In this document: piece by piece, positions 28,546 through 38,904 of the stretch
How positions within the stretch are numbered: the stretch's first letter is position 1
Layout of the letters: every line of letters starts with the position of its first letter
Source of the DNA: a phage
Sequence record: PZ445443.1
Length of the DNA stretch: 64,000 bases
Strand: one strand, 5' to 3'
Translations under genes and position numbers: made by a program
Notes under the pieces: model-generated
The model's database searches: none
What the model saw: only the letters and a program-made list of their open reading frames with translations
Told to the model about the DNA's origin: nothing

Positions 28546-29915
28546 TGGAAAAAGGGCAGTATGATGTAGGCACAGATGCTGCCCTCGTTGCAATCATGAG
28601 CGGTGAGAATGTCTTCGTTTCAGGACCTGCAGGTTGTGGGAAGACGTATCTCATCAACATGATCCAGTCAATGTATGGAGACTCTTGCATAACGGTTGCC
28701 CCGACAGGGGTAGCCGCTTTAAACGTTAATGGAGCAACAGCACACCGAACCTTCGATCTTGCAGCAGGTGTGAGCATGGAGTCAGACTGGACCGCAATAA
28801 GGGCAAAAACAGCAAAGCCTTTGAAAAGCAAGGCATTTACCATCCTAATTATCGATGAAATCTCTATGATCCGTGCTGATAAGTTTATAGAGATGGATAG
28901 GAAACTTCGCTTCCTTCGAAAAAATGACAAACCTTTCGGAGGCATACAGGTCATATTGTTTGGCGACTTTTACCAGGCACCTCCTGTTGTCTCTTCTATG
29001 GAGAAGGAAGCCTACTTCAACTTCTACCATACGGACCTGTGTTGCTATACCGAATCTTGGAAAGAGCTTGACCTCCACAACATAGCCCTAGTAGATCAGT
29101 TCCGACAGGAGTCTATTCGATTTGCCACAATGCTCAACTGTGTTCGTGAAGGTCGCCGCATAAAAGAGGTTGTAGCAGAACTTAATGCTCGCTGTTACAA
29201 AGGTGGTGTACCAACAGATGCTCTCACAATTTGCGCCACCAACAAACAAGCAGAGGAAGTGAACAGAAGGTTCTATGATGCCATCAACGCCCCAGAGAAG
29301 GTATACACTGGGGAAATGAAGGGTAAGTTTCCCTCCACCCTGCCAGTTGAGCAGGAGATGAAGTTGAAAATTGGCATGAAAGTTATGATAACCGCCAACG
29401 ATGTTGACCCGACGCACAAAGTACCTTATTATGTTAACGGAACACGTGCCACAATTGTTAAATTTAAGAACAAGGCGGTGGTGGTAGAGCTTGAAGATGG
29501 AACACAGGTTGACATAGAGCAGAGGTTGTGGGAGAATAACGAGTATAAGCCCTCTCAGAGATACAACATTGCAGAAAGGAAGATGGAGAAGTTTATAGAG
29601 AGGGTGGTGATTGGGTCATACAAGCAACTTCCTCTAAAATCTGGGTACGCCGTAACATCTCATAAAAGTCAAGGACTTACGCTAGATTGTTACAACCTAG
29701 ACCTTGGAAAGAACGGAGCTTTCTCTCCTGGGATGACGTATGTTGCTTTGAGTCGAGTTAAGACAATACAAGGAATAAACTTGTTGCGTCCACTAAGAGA
29801 AGTTGACATTATTGTTGACCCGCGAGTCGTAGAGTTTTACAATACAACATTCCCTGACTTAGACAAAATTGTCAGGAAAGATTTTGAAACCAGAGCTGAA
29901 GAGGGGGACGTATGA
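28545..29915 (+). CDS. Pif1/RecD-family DNA helicase
   Basis: Walker A GPAGCGKTY; IIDEISM; FGGIQVILFGDFYQAPPV matches the Pif1 signature. Confidence 0.75.
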   Translation: MEKGQYDVGTDAALVAIMSGENVFVSGPAGCGKTYLINMIQSMYGDSCITVAPTGVAALNVNGATAHRTFDLAAGVSMESDWTAIRAKTAKPLKSKAFTILIIDEISMIRADKFIEMDRKLRFLRKNDKPFGGIQVILFGDFYQAPPVVSSMEKEAYFNFYHTDLCCYTESWKELDLHNIALVDQFRQESIRFATMLNCVREGRRIKEVVAELNARCYKGGVPTDALTICATNKQAEEVNRRFYDAINAPEKVYTGEMKGKFPSTLPVEQEMKLKIGMKVMITANDVDPTHKVPYYVNGTRATIVKFKNKAVVVELEDGTQVDIEQRLWENNEYKPSQRYNIAERKMEKFIERVVIGSYKQLPLKSGYAVTSHKSQGLTLDCYNLDLGKNGAFSPGMTYVALSRVKTIQGINLLRPLREVDIIVDPRVVEFYNTTFPDLDKIVRKDFETRAEEGDV

Positions 29916-30253
29916 GTTTGTGGAGAAATATAGTTAACTACGTGTGTGGCAATCCAACTCCTGAAGAGAAGGATGTTGTGATTCACGATTTTACTAAAAG
30001 ATCTCGTGAAAAAGATCTACTGCTAACAAAGGTGACTGATAAAGATCCTGCAGTAGGGGACTGGGCAGGTTTTGCGTTCACATCGGACAAATACACCTTT
30101 AACAAAGGTGACTATCTTGTTGTGGATTTTAACGAGGACATCGAGGGTGCTGAACCTTACTATCAGACCCTTATTGTTGCAGGGTGTGTTGATCTCTCTG
30201 CAGGCATGCACAGTTTGATTCTTTTTGAGCTTGACTCTGAAGACCTTCAGTAG
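29912..30253 (+). CDS. hypothetical protein (113 aa)
   Basis: ORF track; ATGA coupling to helicase gene. Confidence 0.5.
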   Translation: MSLWRNIVNYVCGNPTPEEKDVVIHDFTKRSREKDLLLTKVTDKDPAVGDWAGFAFTSDKYTFNKGDYLVVDFNEDIEGAEPYYQTLIVAGCVDLSAGMHSLILFELDSEDLQ

Positions 30254-30270
30254 TAAGATGTGAGTCTAAA

Positions 30271-30288
30271 GGGGAGGCACTCCTCCCC
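30271..30288 (+). promoter_or_regulatory. intergenic GC stem-loop (no U-tract)
   Basis: GGGGAGG-cact-CCTCCCC between two + strand genes. Confidence 0.3.
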
Positions 30289-30315
30289 ACAAAAAACTAG
30301 GGAGAGCACCAAACG

Positions 30316-31641
30316 ATGAGCAAAACCAAATTAGAACTAACCTGGATAGGTAAAAACGAGCGCAAAAAGTTAGAGCCGCACATTTTGTTAGAAGATTCTA
30401 GCAAGTCTTACCACAGCCAGAAAGTGACCGAAAACGATATTTTTGATAATAAACTGATTTTTGGAGATAACTTATTAGCATTGAAGGCGCTAGAGCAAGA
30501 GTATGCAGGCAAAGTGAAGTGTGTTTACATAGACCCACCATTCAATACTGGAAGGGCTTTTGAGCACTACGATGATAGCCTAGAGCATTCCATTTGGCTG
30601 GGCTTAATGAGGGATAGGTTAGAAATAATTCGTAATCTTCTAAGTGATGATGGGGTAATATTCGTTCACTTAGATGATTGCGAAATGGCGTATTTAAAAG
30701 TTTTGATGGACGAGATTTTTGGTCGTGCAAATCAGTTAAATACCATATCGATGACCACAAATTCCCCTTCGGGATTTAAGGCAACAGGAGCCACAGTTTT
30801 CTCCACAGCAAACTTTTTGCTTGTATATGCAAAAGATCGCACCCAGAAACCGCTTAACAAAATCTATATACCTAAAGGGTATGATACAGGATATAACAAA
30901 TACCTATTAAACCCGGATGACCATTATAAAAATTGGACGTGGTGCGGTATTGCCGATGCGTTTGCAAAGGCCAATGGCTATAAAGATGCAAAAGAAGCCA
31001 AGAAAAAACTTCCTGACACATTCGATGATGAATTAGCACAATTCGCAATTGATAATGCAGAACGTGTATTTCAATCTGTTGCAATTGGTGGTGGTGCTAA
31101 AATAAAGAGAAAAGAAACTATCGAGAAGTCAAAGAAAGATAGGGATAAGGTCTATGTACATCCAAATGAGGATATTGAAGGATTTTATATCGCAAATGGT
31201 AGGCAAATGGTCTTTTACTCCAATAGGCTTTTGGAAATTGACGGGAAAATGCAACCTGCGGAACTAATAACTGATGTTTGGACAGACATTAGTTGGAATG
31301 GAATAGCAAATGAAGGCGGCGTTAGTTTCAAAAATGGGAAAAAACCAGAAGCGCTTTTGAAGCGGATTTTCGAAATGTGTACGCGAGAAGGTGATTTGGT
31401 ATTGGATTCATTTGGTGGTTCGGGAACTACTGCTGCTGTAGCTCACAAGATGAAAAGACGTTGGATCTCAATCGAGCTAGGTGATCATTGTCATACCCAT
31501 ATTATTCCGCGCTTGGAAAAAGTGATCGATGGTGAAGATCAAGGTGGTATTTCTGAGTCTGTAAACTGGCAAGGTGGTGGTGGTTTCCGTTATTACAAAC
31601 TTACCCCGACCTTAATTGCGAAAGATAAGTCTGATCAATAA
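30316..31641 (+). CDS. DNA methyltransferase (N6-adenine or N4-cytosine, beta-class)
   Basis: Motif IV VYIDPPFN precedes motif I LDSFGGSGTT. Confidence 0.8.
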   Translation: MSKTKLELTWIGKNERKKLEPHILLEDSSKSYHSQKVTENDIFDNKLIFGDNLLALKALEQEYAGKVKCVYIDPPFNTGRAFEHYDDSLEHSIWLGLMRDRLEIIRNLLSDDGVIFVHLDDCEMAYLKVLMDEIFGRANQLNTISMTTNSPSGFKATGATVFSTANFLLVYAKDRTQKPLNKIYIPKGYDTGYNKYLLNPDDHYKNWTWCGIADAFAKANGYKDAKEAKKKLPDTFDDELAQFAIDNAERVFQSVAIGGGAKIKRKETIEKSKKDRDKVYVHPNEDIEGFYIANGRQMVFYSNRLLEIDGKMQPAELITDVWTDISWNGIANEGGVSFKNGKKPEALLKRIFEMCTREGDLVLDSFGGSGTTAAVAHKMKRRWISIELGDHCHTHIIPRLEKVIDGEDQGGISESVNWQGGGGFRYYKLTPTLIAKDKSDQ

Positions 31642-31654
31642 AGAGTACAATCAA

Positions 31655-31960
31655 ATGATGAAACGTTATAAACCATACACTTTTGAAATCGATTTCGAAC
31701 TTGACGATATGTTCACTGTGGAAGCTCAGGCAGTTGTCCAGTTGCCAGACCCAGAGTGCCGTGATTCTGATGTTGACTATTATGGATTTAGACAGATCAC
31801 TGATGTGCATGTTTACCACAACGGCGAAGAGATTGACTTCCACCAACTGCCAAACGCTGTGCGCCACTCAATTTACAAACGTGCAGCCCGTGAACTAGAG
31901 TCCTATCTGGATGCAGCTACAACAGCGGCTGCATTTGCTGAAGAAGTAGGAGGTTTCTGA
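31655..31960 (+). CDS. hypothetical protein (101 aa)
   Basis: In-frame ATG downstream of methyltransferase stop; ORF-track start 31616 would overlap the methyltransferase gene. Confidence 0.4.
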   Translation: MMKRYKPYTFEIDFELDDMFTVEAQAVVQLPDPECRDSDVDYYGFRQITDVHVYHNGEEIDFHQLPNAVRHSIYKRAARELESYLDAATTAAAFAEEVGGF

Positions 31961-32355
31961 TGATTACAGGTGTGAAGGTTATCCAATACCACTTAACCAA
32001 ATTGGAAGATGCTGAAAAAGAGCTTGCAGAAGTTCTGAACAGCGGGTATACTTTTCTATCATGCGCCTGCTCAGACACCTACGTTGTGTGGACACTTATC
32101 CGGAAGGAAGATCCTGCAGGGATCTTGGTGCCAAATCCTAAGATTATTAGTGAGGTGGATGACTACTCTCAGGACGGCCTGCCAGAAGGTTGGGAAGTAT
32201 GGGAAGGTGGTGAAAACCCTGCACCAGGTAAGTGGGTAAAATACAAACTACGTAGCGGTGCACAGTACGCTGACTACTCTGATGACCTAGACTGGAGTCA
32301 TTCTTCACCAGGATCATCTGCAAGTTCATATGATATCGTAGCTTTTCAGGAATAA
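31960..32355 (+). CDS. hypothetical protein (131 aa)
   Basis: ORF track; TGATG coupling. Confidence 0.5.
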   Translation: MITGVKVIQYHLTKLEDAEKELAEVLNSGYTFLSCACSDTYVVWTLIRKEDPAGILVPNPKIISEVDDYSQDGLPEGWEVWEGGENPAPGKWVKYKLRSGAQYADYSDDLDWSHSSPGSSASSYDIVAFQE

Positions 32356-32367
32356 GGAGAAGAAGGT

Positions 32368-32850
32368 ATGTCAGATTTTATGTGGAAAGTAGGTTACGCA
32401 ACCCCTGAAATGTGTGAGGCTTGCTTTGTTAAAATAGGCCGCGAGGATATCGACAAAGTGATCCTTAAGTTTCGTGATGTGGCTGTGATCGGCAACCGAG
32501 TGCTTAAGCACTTAAAGAATCTGAAGCTCACCAAAAAGAAGTTCTTCGGACTTTTCGAAGAGAAGGTTGATGCTTGGACTCATTGCATTCAGGAAGCCAA
32601 ATCTCACTACAGTGCCATCGTTACTCCAGAACGGGTAGCAAAGATGGAAGGATTCATCAACAGCACAGAATTTGAGTGCCTAAAGGCTGCCCTTGATAGC
32701 TATCCAAAGTGCCTCAAACACCTTGACAAGTATGCAGAAAAGGATGGTGAAATGTATCTCACCCTGGACGCATATTATGAGATGCAAGAAATTTTAAATT
32801 TAGATTTGACATTGGTATCCACCGAGTATACAATAGGTATCCGGGTTTAA
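32368..32850 (+). CDS. hypothetical protein (160 aa)
   Basis: ORF track; RBS AAGGAG. Confidence 0.5.
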   Translation: MSDFMWKVGYATPEMCEACFVKIGREDIDKVILKFRDVAVIGNRVLKHLKNLKLTKKKFFGLFEEKVDAWTHCIQEAKSHYSAIVTPERVAKMEGFINSTEFECLKAALDSYPKCLKHLDKYAEKDGEMYLTLDAYYEMQEILNLDLTLVSTEYTIGIRV

Positions 32851-32856
32851 CACTAG

Positions 32857-32884
32857 GCCCTGCCCGAAAGGGTGGGGCTTTTTG
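32857..32884 (+). terminator. rho-independent terminator (copy 1 of a repeated hairpin)
   Basis: GCCCTGCCC-GAAA-GGGTGGGGC followed by TTTTT; same hairpin recurs at 43631. Confidence 0.65.
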
Positions 32885-32901
32885 CATTAGGAGACAGCAA
32901 A

Positions 32902-33666
32902 TTGAAATTTATCTACAAAGAACACTACCACAAAGGTGTTGTGTGGAGTCTATTTGACGGGTCTGGTGGTGCAGTCATTGACTGGGCAAAAGCTGGGTAC
33001 CTGTGCCTGTGCTTTAATGCAGAAGGTGCTGATCACGGCAGTTATGCAGAGGTTATAACCGATCATCCCAACATTCACTATGTGGATTATTGGATTGACC
33101 CATGGTTCCCTCAGGAAACTTTTTGCATGTACCCAGCTCCAGACTTTATTCTTGCATTTCCTCCGTGCACGCATTTAGCGGTATCAGGTGCTGCACATTT
33201 TAAGAAAAAGCTGGCTAAGGACCCCATGATCCAAATTAATGCTGTAAAGGATGCTCGGGTTGCGGAAGAGCTGGGAGAGATTTACGATTGCCCGTGGCAT
33301 GTAGAGAATCCTGTGGGTGTTATGTCCACACTGTGGCGTAAACCTGATTACCGTTTTCATCCTTCTGACTATGGTGGGTATTTACCGGAGGATGATGTAA
33401 ACCCTTGGTTTCCTGAATTTATAGCTCCACGTGATGCCTATCCAAAAATAACTTGCGGCTGGATAGGTAATGGATTTATAATCCCGCCCACAAAACCTGT
33501 CCCGCAAATAGTTGACGCGGTTAGCGGGTATTCCATGCAACACGCCAAGCTGGGTGGAAAGAGTGCAAGAACGAAGATGATTCGAAGCCTCACACCACGT
33601 GGCTGGGCAAAAGCCGTATTCCTGGCAAACGAGCCTGTAGTAAGGAGCAGAATTAATGGGAAGTAA
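32902..33666 (+). CDS. DNA (cytosine-5) methyltransferase-like protein, short form (TTG start)
   Basis: LFDGSGG (motif I-like), FPPCTHLAVSG (PC motif IV-like), HVENPVG (ENV motif VI-like); AGGAGA 7 nt before TTG 32902; track GTG 32872 lies inside terminator hairpin. Confidence 0.5.
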   Translation: MKFIYKEHYHKGVVWSLFDGSGGAVIDWAKAGYLCLCFNAEGADHGSYAEVITDHPNIHYVDYWIDPWFPQETFCMYPAPDFILAFPPCTHLAVSGAAHFKKKLAKDPMIQINAVKDARVAEELGEIYDCPWHVENPVGVMSTLWRKPDYRFHPSDYGGYLPEDDVNPWFPEFIAPRDAYPKITCGWIGNGFIIPPTKPVPQIVDAVSGYSMQHAKLGGKSARTKMIRSLTPRGWAKAVFLANEPVVRSRINGK

Positions 33667-35734
33667 ATTTATGGCATCTGCATACAACCGTTTCGGTGAG
33701 CCAAACCCGAAAGCAACTAAGTATAAAAGTGGGGGAAGTGTGAAACGAGACTATCGTGATGAAAAAGAAGTTGAAACTGTAGAGACTGTTTTAGAAAATA
33801 CTAAAATTGTCCCTGTCCCACAACAAAATATCGGTCTGATGGCTGCACAATATTTTGGTGTGCGATCAGCATTGTCACAAGAAGACGGTGTGACAGTCAC
33901 TGCAACATATTTCCCATATTACGACCGCTACGGAAATCTGTCCGGTTTCAAAAAGCGTGACTGGACGATTCCTAAAGAGCAAAGGGGCCATTTCTCAGTT
34001 GTTGGCATAGTAAAGGCTAACTCTCAGATGTTTGGGCAAAAGCTGTGTGCATCTTCCAACAACCGTAAGCAAATTAACGTTTGTGAGGGGGAAGGTGATG
34101 TTATTGCAGCATGGCAGGCTGCATATCAGATACAAGTAAAAGGGATTCTCACCAACGCTAAAGCCCCGGCAAAGGTGAAGCAGTGGGCTAAAGAGGTCCA
34201 GGACGGGATCGACGCAGTTATCAACGGTGGTGATCTGGCAGGAAAACCCTGCCTGCCTTTTGTTGGAATTAACTGTGGATGTGCAAACGCAGTAGATACT
34301 TTTGCAAACAATGAGAAGTTTATCCGTAGCTATGGAACAGTTGTGCTGGCAATGGATAACGATGCAGCTAACGAGGTAGAGAAGCAAAAACACGTCATTA
34401 AAGGTGTTGAGGCCACGCACAATATCGCAGCATTTTTGATGGCCGATAACGTTTACCACGTAGAATACCCTGGTGAAGTAAACGACCCTGACGGTGTAAA
34501 AGATATCCGAGACATGCTGAAGGCTAAAAAGCTGGAAGATATTGTCAACATGTTCCGGCACCCTGTTAAATATGTGCCTGATGCTGTGTCGGATTTAGAA
34601 GACTTCTCTATCGAGTCTTTGCGGAAAAAGACTTCCAACGGGGTAGATATCAGCGCAGAGTTCCCAAAACTGCAAAAAATGCTAAAAGGCTTGCACAAAG
34701 GGACACTCGTAATGCTTACAGGTCCGTCAGGTGGCGGTAAAACAACCGTAGCTAAAAAACTGGAACACTGTATTGCAAGATACCTAATGGACCCGACATG
34801 TCCGAAGGCCGATGACTACGAAGAGGATGATCGTCTATGCATGATCCATCTTGAGGAGGACCCAGAGGAAGCAATTAACTCCTTGTATGCAAACCAGTTA
34901 GGGTTTGATGTTAAAGAGTTTGTTGAAGATCCTAGCCAGTTTTTAACTGATCAAGAACACGCAGAGATTCACCAATCATGGGCAAAAGCTGGAAAAATCA
35001 AAGTGTTCAAACATTTCGGATCTATTCCGGTGGACGAGTTGATTACTAAGCTTAAGCAAATGGTTTGCCTGTACCATTGTCGTTATATTGTACTGGATCA
35101 CCTGTCCATGGTAATTTCAGGGCTTAATGTTAAGGATGAGCGAAAAGAACTGGACATGGCTATGACCCAACTGGCTGCGTTTTGTAAGCAGTTTAACGTG
35201 TTTATCTTGGTGATCGCTCACCTCAAACGTACAGAGATTGTGCCTCCTAAGGACAAGGATGGTAACCCGTTACCTTTCTGGTATCCTGTGCGAAAAGAGA
35301 ATTTGCGAGGATCGGCGGGGCTTGAACAGTTGAGTTGGGTAGTCATAGGTGTCGAGGCCGAAGAAATGGTGGATCGTTCTCGTGGACGTGTCCGTCTGGT
35401 AGGTCTTAAAAACCGTCCAGCAAAAGCTCTAGGTATTGCTGACACTTTGGTTATGGACCCGCACACAGGTAAGTTCCATGATGCCAGTAATTGGTACTGG
35501 GACAAAGAAATGCAAATGTTTACAGATGGAGAAGGTGGGGAGGTTGTTTGGAGACCTCAGGCTATGTTTGAGGATCAGGAGCATGCAGTTGTAGAAACAC
35601 CTATGGGCAAGGTTGTGGCTGATAAGGTTGTAACTCCTACTGTTAAGCCTGTTGACACGCAGGAAGAACTCCAGTACGATGATCCGTCCTCTGACCATGT
35701 TCCTGGTTTTGAGGATGATGAAACACCTTTTTAA
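33656..35734 (+). CDS. primase-helicase (Toprim primase fused to DnaB/gp4-like helicase)
   Basis: Toprim-like CEGEGD and AMDNDAAN; Walker A GPSGGGKTT; RBS AAGGAG. Confidence 0.8.
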   Translation: MGSKFMASAYNRFGEPNPKATKYKSGGSVKRDYRDEKEVETVETVLENTKIVPVPQQNIGLMAAQYFGVRSALSQEDGVTVTATYFPYYDRYGNLSGFKKRDWTIPKEQRGHFSVVGIVKANSQMFGQKLCASSNNRKQINVCEGEGDVIAAWQAAYQIQVKGILTNAKAPAKVKQWAKEVQDGIDAVINGGDLAGKPCLPFVGINCGCANAVDTFANNEKFIRSYGTVVLAMDNDAANEVEKQKHVIKGVEATHNIAAFLMADNVYHVEYPGEVNDPDGVKDIRDMLKAKKLEDIVNMFRHPVKYVPDAVSDLEDFSIESLRKKTSNGVDISAEFPKLQKMLKGLHKGTLVMLTGPSGGGKTTVAKKLEHCIARYLMDPTCPKADDYEEDDRLCMIHLEEDPEEAINSLYANQLGFDVKEFVEDPSQFLTDQEHAEIHQSWAKAGKIKVFKHFGSIPVDELITKLKQMVCLYHCRYIVLDHLSMVISGLNVKDERKELDMAMTQLAAFCKQFNVFILVIAHLKRTEIVPPKDKDGNPLPFWYPVRKENLRGSAGLEQLSWVVIGVEAEEMVDRSRGRVRLVGLKNRPAKALGIADTLVMDPHTGKFHDASNWYWDKEMQMFTDGEGGEVVWRPQAMFEDQEHAVVETPMGKVVADKVVTPTVKPVDTQEELQYDDPSSDHVPGFEDDETPF

Positions 35735-35792
35735 TGTTTAACAAAGAGTGGGAGGGGTAGTACAACCGCCTCCCCTTTAAGGAGAACTGTAT

Positions 35793-38570
35793 ATGAGCAT
35801 GTGGTCTTTCGATTTTGAGTCATCCGGTTTGCTGGAAGACCCAGATCTTTATTATCACTGCGGCCTGTTTAAAGAGCTGAATAAGAACCGTTTTATGCTG
35901 TTCCTTCCTCTAAATGACCGCACACACTACTCCGAGGAGGATATAGAGAAGGCTAAGAACTTTATTCTGGCAAAGAAAACTCTTTATAAAGATTTTGAAG
36001 TTCGCATAGCAGATTTTTCGGAGTTAGAAGGTTGGCTTACAGGCAATTCCGACTGGTCACCAACAGCTTTGAACTGCCATAACTGCTACAGTTATGACTT
36101 TATGCTGATGGAAAGATTATCCGGTATTCATTTTGATATGTTCCGTGATCCTAAATGCATGGGGACTATCAACGACCACCAGGTCAACCTGTTTGATACG
36201 TTGGCGATGAGCCGAATCTTATGGCCTGATCGCCCTTTACCAAAAGGTTGTCCGGACTCTGTATTCAACCCGGTTACTAAGAAAATGCAGCCTGTCGGTC
36301 CTCACGGCCTTATGGCATGGGGCTACGCCCTTGGTAACCAGAAAGTTCAAATTGATGACTGGCGCGATCTTCCGTTGTGGAAGTATGTGGATCGTGTATT
36401 CGAGGACGTTATCATCCAGGAGCTGCTCTGGAAAGAGCTGGTAGCGGAATCAAAAGGTGTATTCTACGGCAAATCTGACATGCAGAACTTTATGTACGAT
36501 CCTGCCAAAGAGAAGCCGAAAGGGTTCAAGAAGATCACCTGGAAGAACGCATTACGCCGAGGCATGCTGCAGCACTTCCTGATGGAGCTGCAGGCCCGTC
36601 AGGGTGTGTATTTTGACATAGATGGGGCTATTGCTTTACGTGACCGTTGCGATGCGTGGATGAAAGAAATCGCTGATCGTGTTGAACCGCAACTACCTTT
36701 AAAAGAGCTGTCAATGTCTCAGCGGCCCAAGTTCCCTGAAAAGCCGTTTAACCAAGATGGGACAATCTCCAATAATGGTTGGAAATGGTTAAAAGATAAG
36801 CTTGGCTATCCTGTAGATATGAGCGCTTTAGAGTTCAAAGCCCCGCCTAAGCGAGCATTTACCTCTACAGGAGATGTCAGTAAGATGGGGATAAAATGGT
36901 GTGAAGAGATGGGCTGCAAAGACCCCGATAAGATGGCTGATTTCTTGAGAGGCTATATTAAGGGCACCTCCACACCACAACCTTTACCTAAAGAGCTAAT
37001 GGATCAGGCAATAAGTGATCTACAGCAGAAGCGAATGCCGGACTGCAAGATACCTATGAAAATCAGCAACCAGGACGACATTAAGCGATACCTGATCAGT
37101 GCTGGTTGGCTTCCGACAATGTGGAGAACTAAGGATGTAACTAAAGACAGCAAGAAGAAAGCTCTACCTGATGCAGATGTTGATGCACGAGTATATGCAT
37201 ATATGGACGAGCTTTTAGAGTCAGAGTATTGTGACCTGATTATCAACTTCTGGAACAAAACTGATGCTAAGTTCCAGACAACCGTGCACAAGTTCCGAAG
37301 CTTTCCTAACTCCGAAAGGATTAAAAAGGAAGTATTCGGGAAAATACGTAGAAAAGCTAGGGCACTTATTACTTCTCCGCAACTGAAAGATACGTTTGGA
37401 CACCTATGCCCTAATCTTGAAAAATTGAACGGAGAGATGGCTAAAGATATCGTCTTGTGGTTATCATTGCGAAACCGCAGATCGGTACTTGATCCAATCA
37501 AGGAGGATAAGGTTGATACTGGTCTTCTTAATCACCCACGTTTGAAGATTGACCATAAGCTTCCTGCTAAAAGTTCTGGGTTAACAAACACTTCCCGACA
37601 GAAACACAGTATTTGTGCAAACATGCCTAAACCATCTCCTAAAGTGGTTATGGGTAAAGAGATGCGTAGTCTGTGGGGTGTTCCTCCAGGATACTTTGAG
37701 ATCGGTATTGACGGGTCCAACTTAGAGCAGCTTATCGGGGCTTGGGGTGCCTTTGAGTTCGACAACGGCCTGTATTACGATGTTGTAAGTAACGGGGACG
37801 CACACCAAAACAATGCTGAGGCATATACAAAAGTAGCAGGTAGAGAGGTGTCTCGTAACGACGGTAAACCTATCACGTATGGGGTTATGTATGGGGCACA
37901 AAAAGATAAAGTTGCAGATATGCTGGACATCTCTCCAGAGTTGGGACAAAGGGTAATCGATGCACTCTGGGATGCCAACCCTGGTCTTAAGGGGCGTAAA
38001 GAAGATCTGGAGAAATTCTGGGAAGCAACGGGTAAGAAGTTTATCTACTCTTTTGATGGTCATGCTATCTGGACCCGATCTAAACACTCTTTACTTAATG
38101 CATACCAACAAAATGGCGGCGCATCGTTGTGTGACTTAGTTGGGATACTCATGCACCATCAAATGGTGAAGCGTGGGTGGTACGATGAAGGTGTTCGTCG
38201 TATTATCTATTACCATGACGAATATCAGCTTCAAGTCCCTGACACACCGAAGTATAAGACTGTGTACACCTTCGACACAATCGAAGAACTGGAAGCATTT
38301 AAGGCAGAGCAGGAGGCCAAACTTCATGTGTTCGACGGTCATAAGTACAAAAAGGCACGCAAGGATGAGGACGGAAACGAAGTGGTTGACAGAGACGGAA
38401 ACACGGTGTACGATCCTATCCTGAACGATGACGGAAAGCTTGAACTTATCTGGAGCCCTGTGGGTGAAATGGTGGTGCATTGCTTCTGGCAAGCTTCTAA
38501 AATGATGGGCGTCCCGTTCCAGATCACAGGTGAATACCTGTGTGGTCGTAATTGGGGTGATTGTCACTAA
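35793..38570 (+). CDS. DNA polymerase, family A, with 3'-5' exonuclease domain
   Basis: 925 aa; Exo I-like FDFES; motif B-like KPITYGVMYG; motif C-like YHDEYQ; RBS AAGGAGA. Confidence 0.85.
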   Translation: MSMWSFDFESSGLLEDPDLYYHCGLFKELNKNRFMLFLPLNDRTHYSEEDIEKAKNFILAKKTLYKDFEVRIADFSELEGWLTGNSDWSPTALNCHNCYSYDFMLMERLSGIHFDMFRDPKCMGTINDHQVNLFDTLAMSRILWPDRPLPKGCPDSVFNPVTKKMQPVGPHGLMAWGYALGNQKVQIDDWRDLPLWKYVDRVFEDVIIQELLWKELVAESKGVFYGKSDMQNFMYDPAKEKPKGFKKITWKNALRRGMLQHFLMELQARQGVYFDIDGAIALRDRCDAWMKEIADRVEPQLPLKELSMSQRPKFPEKPFNQDGTISNNGWKWLKDKLGYPVDMSALEFKAPPKRAFTSTGDVSKMGIKWCEEMGCKDPDKMADFLRGYIKGTSTPQPLPKELMDQAISDLQQKRMPDCKIPMKISNQDDIKRYLISAGWLPTMWRTKDVTKDSKKKALPDADVDARVYAYMDELLESEYCDLIINFWNKTDAKFQTTVHKFRSFPNSERIKKEVFGKIRRKARALITSPQLKDTFGHLCPNLEKLNGEMAKDIVLWLSLRNRRSVLDPIKEDKVDTGLLNHPRLKIDHKLPAKSSGLTNTSRQKHSICANMPKPSPKVVMGKEMRSLWGVPPGYFEIGIDGSNLEQLIGAWGAFEFDNGLYYDVVSNGDAHQNNAEAYTKVAGREVSRNDGKPITYGVMYGAQKDKVADMLDISPELGQRVIDALWDANPGLKGRKEDLEKFWEATGKKFIYSFDGHAIWTRSKHSLLNAYQQNGGASLCDLVGILMHHQMVKRGWYDEGVRRIIYYHDEYQLQVPDTPKYKTVYTFDTIEELEAFKAEQEAKLHVFDGHKYKKARKDEDGNEVVDRDGNTVYDPILNDDGKLELIWSPVGEMVVHCFWQASKMMGVPFQITGEYLCGRNWGDCH

Positions 38571-38586
38571 TGTAAACTATCAACAC

Positions 38587-38904
38587 ATGGAAGTGTTGTT
38601 GAGCAAAGAGGAGACTTTTATGGTAGTAGAACCAACAAAAACATTTACATCCATGACTATCCCTGTTATTATGCAGGTGGAGTGTGTTCAGGTATCTCAA
38701 GTGTGGCCAGGCACTAAAATCCCAACAGGGCCTGATTTCTTTCAGGTTGGGAAAGTGTACAATGTCTGGAAGGCACCAGATTGTCACCCTTTCATTAAAG
38801 ATGACCGTGGAATGCTGTGGTATCTTGGAAATGATTTGACACTGCACCTTGGGAATGCTATTATTGCAGTATTCAGACTTAACAAGAAGGAGACTGATCA
38901 ATGA
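38587..38904 (+). CDS. small paralog family protein (105 aa)
   Basis: FFQVGKVYNV...IKDDRGMLWYL aligns with the two downstream paralogs; start uncertain (GTG 38530 also possible). Confidence 0.45.
   Translation: MEVLLSKEETFMVVEPTKTFTSMTIPVIMQVECVQVSQVWPGTKIPTGPDFFQVGKVYNVWKAPDCHPFIKDDRGMLWYLGNDLTLHLGNAIIAVFRLNKKETDQ

Noticed and set aside
32872-32901. GTG start at 32872 for the C5-methyltransferase-like gene
   Set aside because: Lies inside the terminator hairpin 32857-32884; TTG 32902 with AGGAGA upstream is more plausible, though a non-ATG start remains uncertain
33995-38567. - strand ORFs inside the primase-helicase and DNA polymerase genes (33995-34561, 37004-37501, 37722-38087, 38136-38567)
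   Set aside because: Antisense to CDSs with clear catalytic motifs; treated as noise
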